Of a DNA stretch of 20,000 nucleotides, positions 16,434-20,000 are shown one piece after another (within the stretch, counting starts at the first letter, position 1; each line of letters begins with the position of its first letter). Source of the DNA: an uncultured virus (IMG/VR IMGVR_UViG_3300018080_008055) (Duplodnaviria; Heunggongvirae; Uroviricota; Caudoviricetes). The notes under the pieces were generated by a model. The model searched no databases. It was not told the DNA's origin and saw nothing but the letters and a program-made list of their open reading frames with translations. The DNA lies in the IMG/VR virus record IMGVR_UViG_3300018080_008055. One strand, written 5' to 3'. A program made the position numbers and the translations under genes.

Positions 16434-16835
16434 TTAGGTTTGTTTATTTAATTCTATATTAGCTATTAACCCATTTAATAAATCAACTATCAATAAAGAT
16501 CCTAACGGAACTATTTGTACTTTATCCGGAATAAATACATATTGAAACATAAAGAATAAACCGATAATGGCTAAGGTAATGTTAATTATAATTGATACAA
16601 CCTTAATTTGAGTAATTAGCATGAATCCAATTACATCAATAAATCCAATAAGAAGAATAATATATACTAACTCATTAGATATTTCGGAGGAATCAAAGTG
16701 TTGTAAATAATGAAAGCTAATACCGGCTAGGGCCAGAAGAGTATTGATAACAATGGTTATAGCTAAAATAATTGTAATCTTTGGTTTCTTAACAAAGTAA
16801 TTACTAATCGTTGAACCAGGATTTCTTTTACTCAT
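16434..16835 (-). CDS. 4-TM membrane protein
   Basis: Four hydrophobic segments; N-terminal KRNPGST. Confidence 0.82.
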   Translation of the reverse strand: MSKRNPGSTISNYFVKKPKITIILAITIVINTLLALAGISFHYLQHFDSSEISNELVYIILLIGFIDVIGFMLITQIKVVSIIINITLAIIGLFFMFQYVFIPDKVQIVPLGSLLIVDLLNGLIANIELNKQT

Positions 16836-16914
16836 CTTATCAACTTTTTAATCTTTTTTCTAATTTTATCAATTCTAAATATGCTAAACCTAAATTCCTT
16901 TCTCAGTCATTTTC

Positions 16915-17160
16915 TTACCTATGGCTTTTAAATTTAAATTCATTAGATTTATGTAAATTAACTTTAACTTGATCAATTTTTTCTTGAGCTTTTATTAACA
17001 AAGTTCTAGCTTGTTGTAATTTTAATTGATCGGCTTTAACTGATAAGCCTCTTACTTTTTCAAGATCTTGTATAACGACCTCTATTTTAACAGTATCGGA
17101 CCTTAATAGATCTATATAGCTATAAACATTTTTTATATTAGGTTTGTTTAATCTATTCAT
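16915..17160 (-). CDS. Small helical-hairpin/coiled-coil protein
   Basis: 81 aa amphipathic helices; GAGGT RBS. Confidence 0.78.
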   Translation of the reverse strand: MNRLNKPNIKNVYSYIDLLRSDTVKIEVVIQDLEKVRGLSVKADQLKLQQARTLLIKAQEKIDQVKVNLHKSNEFKFKSHR

Positions 17161-17169
17161 TTTTGACCT

Positions 17170-17712
17170 CTATTTTTTTAACCAATTTTCTATTTCATTA
17201 TAAATTCTAATTGCTAATTCTTGGTTTTTATCGAAATCTTTATCAATAGTTATTCTTATCGCTTGAACTTTCCATTTTCCAGATTTTGTTAAACCCATTT
17301 TCACTTGGGAATTTTTAGATATTTGATTTGCTTTATATCCGATTTTACCCAAGAAAGTATCCTTTTTAATATTAGTTCCTCTAGCAATTCTTATTCTAAC
17401 AAAGCCTTTAGGATTTCTGAATCTATTAGAATAATATGCGTCGGAAATATCAATTCGTTTAATAGGAGATTTAATATCTTTAAACCTGGATTCAAATATT
17501 TTCTTTCCTTTTGTTCTTAGCCTAATTGCTCTAAAATTAAGAACTCTTTTTTCATAAATAAGATTCTTTTTGATCATCTTATCAACTGTATAACTTGGAA
17601 TTGATTTACCTAGCCAACTTTCAATATCTGTTAGGCTATTATGAATTGAATTAGAGTTATATAAATATTCTAAGATTTCATATTCTAAAGTTCCATATCT
17701 TTCTTTTGGCAT
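17170..17712 (-). CDS. Winged-helix domain fused to an uncharacterised basic C-terminal domain
   Basis: LEYEILEYL...SLTDIESWLG...YTVDKMIKKNLI.....IRLRTKGKK (MarR/BlaI-like wHTH); GAGG RBS. Confidence 0.72.
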   Translation of the reverse strand: MPKERYGTLEYEILEYLYNSNSIHNSLTDIESWLGKSIPSYTVDKMIKKNLIYEKRVLNFRAIRLRTKGKKIFESRFKDIKSPIKRIDISDAYYSNRFRNPKGFVRIRIARGTNIKKDTFLGKIGYKANQISKNSQVKMGLTKSGKWKVQAIRITIDKDFDKNQELAIRIYNEIENWLKK

Positions 17713-17724
17713 TACGTTCCTCTC

Positions 17725-17946
17725 TTATTCAAATTGTTTAATACGATCTTTTAATATTTCGGCCATAGCCTTAGCCATTCCAATATGATTTTTCAGTTGT
17801 TTATTCATTTTTTTATCTTTAACTAACTTAAAATCATTATTTGCAAATACAAAATTATTTGCTCTCTCTAAATTTTTAATTAGATTTTCCAGGTCTTTAA
17901 TACTTAAGACTTTTGAACTAGCCTTTTTAGTTAATATTTTTCCCAT
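17725..17946 (-). CDS. Small helical-hairpin protein (family with 4223..4459 and 18255..18515)
   Basis: 73 aa; ATG 1 nt after the stop of the upstream membrane gene. Confidence 0.78.
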   Translation of the reverse strand: MGKILTKKASSKVLSIKDLENLIKNLERANNFVFANNDFKLVKDKKMNKQLKNHIGMAKAMAEILKDRIKQFE

Positions 17947-17947
17947 C

Positions 17948-18241
17948 TTATTTTCTCCTAGAACTAGAACTTTCTTTCTTTCTAATTTTATGTATTTTTT
18001 TTCTAGTAATTAAGTAAAATATAGCTGATAATCCGATATAGAATAATGTTGTTAAAAAAATTATCATTAAAACAACATCTAAATCAATTCTAAAGCCTAA
18101 GAACTGAATATTCAAATTCCAAGAGTAAAATTCAAGTAGTATAGGAGTAAGAAAAAAAGCCGTAATAAAAGAAACTATAAAAAACGCCAATAATGTTTTT
18201 CTCAAATATCTTTCATAACCAGGTTTATTTATCAAGCTCAT
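17948..18241 (-). CDS. Small 2-TM membrane protein ending in SSSSRRK
   Basis: Paralog of 16084..16401; GAGGT RBS. Confidence 0.82.
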   Translation of the reverse strand: MSLINKPGYERYLRKTLLAFFIVSFITAFFLTPILLEFYSWNLNIQFLGFRIDLDVVLMIIFLTTLFYIGLSAIFYLITRKKIHKIRKKESSSSRRK

Positions 18242-18254
18242 GTTTATTTACCTC

Positions 18255-18515
18255 TTAATTCTTTGAACCTAAAGGAATATTTTTCTCTCTAGCTTCCCAA
18301 TTTAGTTTTGTTATTAGTAAATTAGCTTTAGTTTCGGCTTCTTTTATATGATTATAAAGATCGGTTATTTCTTTTTTTTCCAAATCAGTTTTAAAATATC
18401 TGGAAATTCTAGCTCTTGTTTTAGCCATTTTTAAAAATTTATTTATCTCAACTAATCGGTCTCTTAATTTTTTTAAGTTTTTTTCCGGAGATATAACATA
18501 GTTATAATTATTCAT
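18255..18515 (-). CDS. Small helical-hairpin protein
   Basis: NHIKEAETKANLLITKL compared with NHIGMAKAMAEILKDRI. ATGA overlap with the upstream membrane gene. Confidence 0.78.
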   Translation of the reverse strand: MNNYNYVISPEKNLKKLRDRLVEINKFLKMAKTRARISRYFKTDLEKKEITDLYNHIKEAETKANLLITKLNWEAREKNIPLGSKN

Positions 18516-18742
18516 TCAAATCCTCCGGAGAATAATTCCCCAATACTTCCTAAGTTTTCTAATAATTCTAGCAATTGATCTTTAAATAAGAAAAAGGCAA
18601 CTGCAATTCCAATGAATATGAAAATCATAATCAAGAAGAAAGTAATTCCCAATGAATAGAAGAGTCTTTGAGTAAAGCTAAGTTTAACTCTTATTTTCTC
18701 CGGTTTTTTTCTTCTAGATTTCTCACTTGGTTTTTTAGCCAT
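18512..18742 (-). CDS. Small single-TM membrane protein (MAKKPSEKSRRKK...)
   Basis: One long TM. TAACGTGAAAAAAATG suggests GTGA is the RBS and ATG at 18742 is the start. Confidence 0.8.
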   Translation of the reverse strand: MAKKPSEKSRRKKPEKIRVKLSFTQRLFYSLGITFFLIMIFIFIGIAVAFFLFKDQLLELLENLGSIGELFSGGFE

Positions 18743-18752
18743 TTTTTTCACG

Positions 18753-19067
18753 TTATTTAATTCTTTTAAATTCTCTCTTAAGTTTAATATATTCGGTTGT
18801 ATATTTAATTGGATATTGCTCTCTAGCAGTCATCTTTCTACTGTTAAGAAGAGCAATTCTCTCTTGAATATTTTTTACTTTTGTTATATTATTATAGATC
18901 TCTAAAACTTCATTAGCCGTTTTTTCGATCTTAGGTTCATAGACAATCTGATTTGAAAGATCATAGAGTTTAAGAATATAAAGTTTATTGGGAATTGACT
19001 CAATAATTTTTACAACCCAATACTTTCCAATTTTCTTTTGTCTTACTCTTTTTATGCTATTAACCAT
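18753..19067 (-). CDS. Basic hypothetical protein
   Basis: ORF track 18753..19076; has the same 17-bp start region as the next gene. Confidence 0.75.
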   Translation of the reverse strand: MVNSIKRVRQKKIGKYWVVKIIESIPNKLYILKLYDLSNQIVYEPKIEKTANEVLEIYNNITKVKNIQERIALLNSRKMTAREQYPIKYTTEYIKLKREFKRIK

Positions 19068-19114
19068 TTTTTTCACGTTAATTTTTAATTGGTTTAACTT
19101 TCTTTTAAATTTGT

Positions 19115-19387
19115 TTAATAATTTCTTGTTAGATAAAAGGCTAATAATAAGCCAAATAAGATTGAGACTGAAATATTAAGTATGAAAAGAATAACCTCTT
19201 CATCCCCAAAAAAGTCTCCGGCTAATATGATTGTCGGTAAGAATCCGAATCTTTCTCCAATTGATTGAAATATCATAAAGAAAAATAAGATTAGTAAGAT
19301 ACTTAACGGAATTTTAAGATAAACATTCTTTTTGAATTTACTAATCTCAACACTTTGCTTTTTTCCTTTTCTCCTGGAGTCATTCAT
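19115..19387 (-). CDS. Small 2-TM membrane protein (MNDSRRK...)
   Basis: Two TMs. The first 7 aa and 24 nt are identical to the start of 7086..7646. Confidence 0.8.
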   Translation of the reverse strand: MNDSRRKGKKQSVEISKFKKNVYLKIPLSILLILFFFMIFQSIGERFGFLPTIILAGDFFGDEEVILFILNISVSILFGLLLAFYLTRNY

Positions 19388-19433
19388 TTTATATTTACAG
19401 TTAGATTTTCTAGGCTTTTATTTTTGATTCGAT

Positions 19434-19634
19434 TCATTTTAACTTGCTCTTGTTTTTACTAATTGATTTCTTTAGTTTCTTAATATCAATATGATAATCT
19501 TTTACTAATAGATCTTCAATAACATCTCCGGCTATTTTTCCGGATTTCTGTTTTTTCTTAACTACATTTCCGGTAAATATTAAGATAACTTGCTTAGTCT
19601 CCGAGTCTATTAGTCTAACTTTATATTTTCTCAT
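19434..19634 (-). CDS. Small basic hypothetical protein
   Basis: 66 aa; ATG 1 nt after the upstream stop. Confidence 0.7.
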   Translation of the reverse strand: MRKYKVRLIDSETKQVILIFTGNVVKKKQKSGKIAGDVIEDLLVKDYHIDIKKLKKSISKNKSKLK

Positions 19635-19635
19635 T

Positions 19636-19884
19636 TTAAAATTTTCTTTTATTATTCATTCGATAAGCATAAGTACCAACAATAATAAGAACTATTCCGA
19701 AAATAGTTCTTACAATTCTCCCTAAATGGAAAATCAAAGGATCTTCCATTTGTAGATATATTGAATACGTACCATCTAAGATTAAAGCAACTCCAATGAA
19801 TACGATCATTATATCTAATAAAAGAATTAATTTCTGATTGTTTTTCTTACCTATCTTCTTTTTTTGTTTTCTTCTAATAGCCAT
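19636..19884 (-). CDS. Small 2-TM membrane protein (MAIRRK...)
   Basis: Two TMs, basic termini, GAGG RBS. Confidence 0.8.
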   Translation of the reverse strand: MAIRRKQKKKIGKKNNQKLILLLDIMIVFIGVALILDGTYSIYLQMEDPLIFHLGRIVRTIFGIVLIIVGTYAYRMNNKRKF

Positions 19885-19900
19885 AGTATTATTCCTCTTT

Positions 19901-20000
19901 TTATTTCTTTCTTAAAACTAATATAAATATCAATAATGCAAAATCATACAAAATAATCATTCCCATTAGATTTAGAAATGATATATCGAAGTTAAATTGA
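19901..20000 (-). CDS. C-terminal fragment of a membrane protein entering from beyond the window (...LMGMIILYDFALLIFILVLRKK*)
   Basis: Manual translation gives an open frame to TAA at 19901-19903, encoding a TM and a basic tail. Confidence 0.65.
   Translation of the reverse strand, partial: QFNFDISFLNLMGMIILYDFALLIFILVLRKK

Noticed and set aside
17305..17520. + strand 71-aa ORF
   Set aside because: Antisense shadow of the wHTH gene.
18988..19179. + strand 63-aa ORF
   Set aside because: Overlaps two better-supported minus-strand genes.
4462..19884. [S/T]RRK as a Tat twin-arginine signal
   Set aside because: It lacks the following FLK-type residues, often lies far from the hydrophobic segment, occurs once at a C-terminus, and most carriers have no folded passenger domain.

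Overview
Very AT-rich (roughly 25% GC by eye), gene-dense window with about 39 protein-coding genes, all but two on the minus strand. No rRNA, tRNA, CRISPR, transposase, integrase or recognisable housekeeping gene was seen. BRE/TATA promoters, GAGGT- and TGAT-type ribosome-binding sites and acidic N-glycosylation-rich surface proteins point to an archaeal host. The mass of short Lys-rich orphan genes points to a virus or large extrachromosomal element (inference; an Asgard/Lokiarchaeia-like host is only a guess). Recognisable products are a LamG/ConA-like surface protein, a PAPS-reductase-family protein, two winged-helix proteins, a Rho-N/HeH-like protein, a VanZ/DUF2238-like membrane protein, a half ferritin-like protein, and a fusion of a P-loop ATPase, an HTH and a PD-(D/E)xK-like nuclease in an operon with a large membrane coiled-coil protein. 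Five structures are not explained by these genes: (1) a ~35-bp repeat at the stop codon of successive unrelated genes, giving a cassette-like array at 0.8-4.9 kb; (2) a recurring, translationally coupled pair of a small membrane protein and a helical-hairpin protein; (3) shared [S/T]RRK and PGS[K/T] cytoplasmic motifs on many unrelated membrane proteins; (4) strong over-representation of CCGG and other palindromic tetramers; (5) a 410-bp non-coding region with helically phased repeats.
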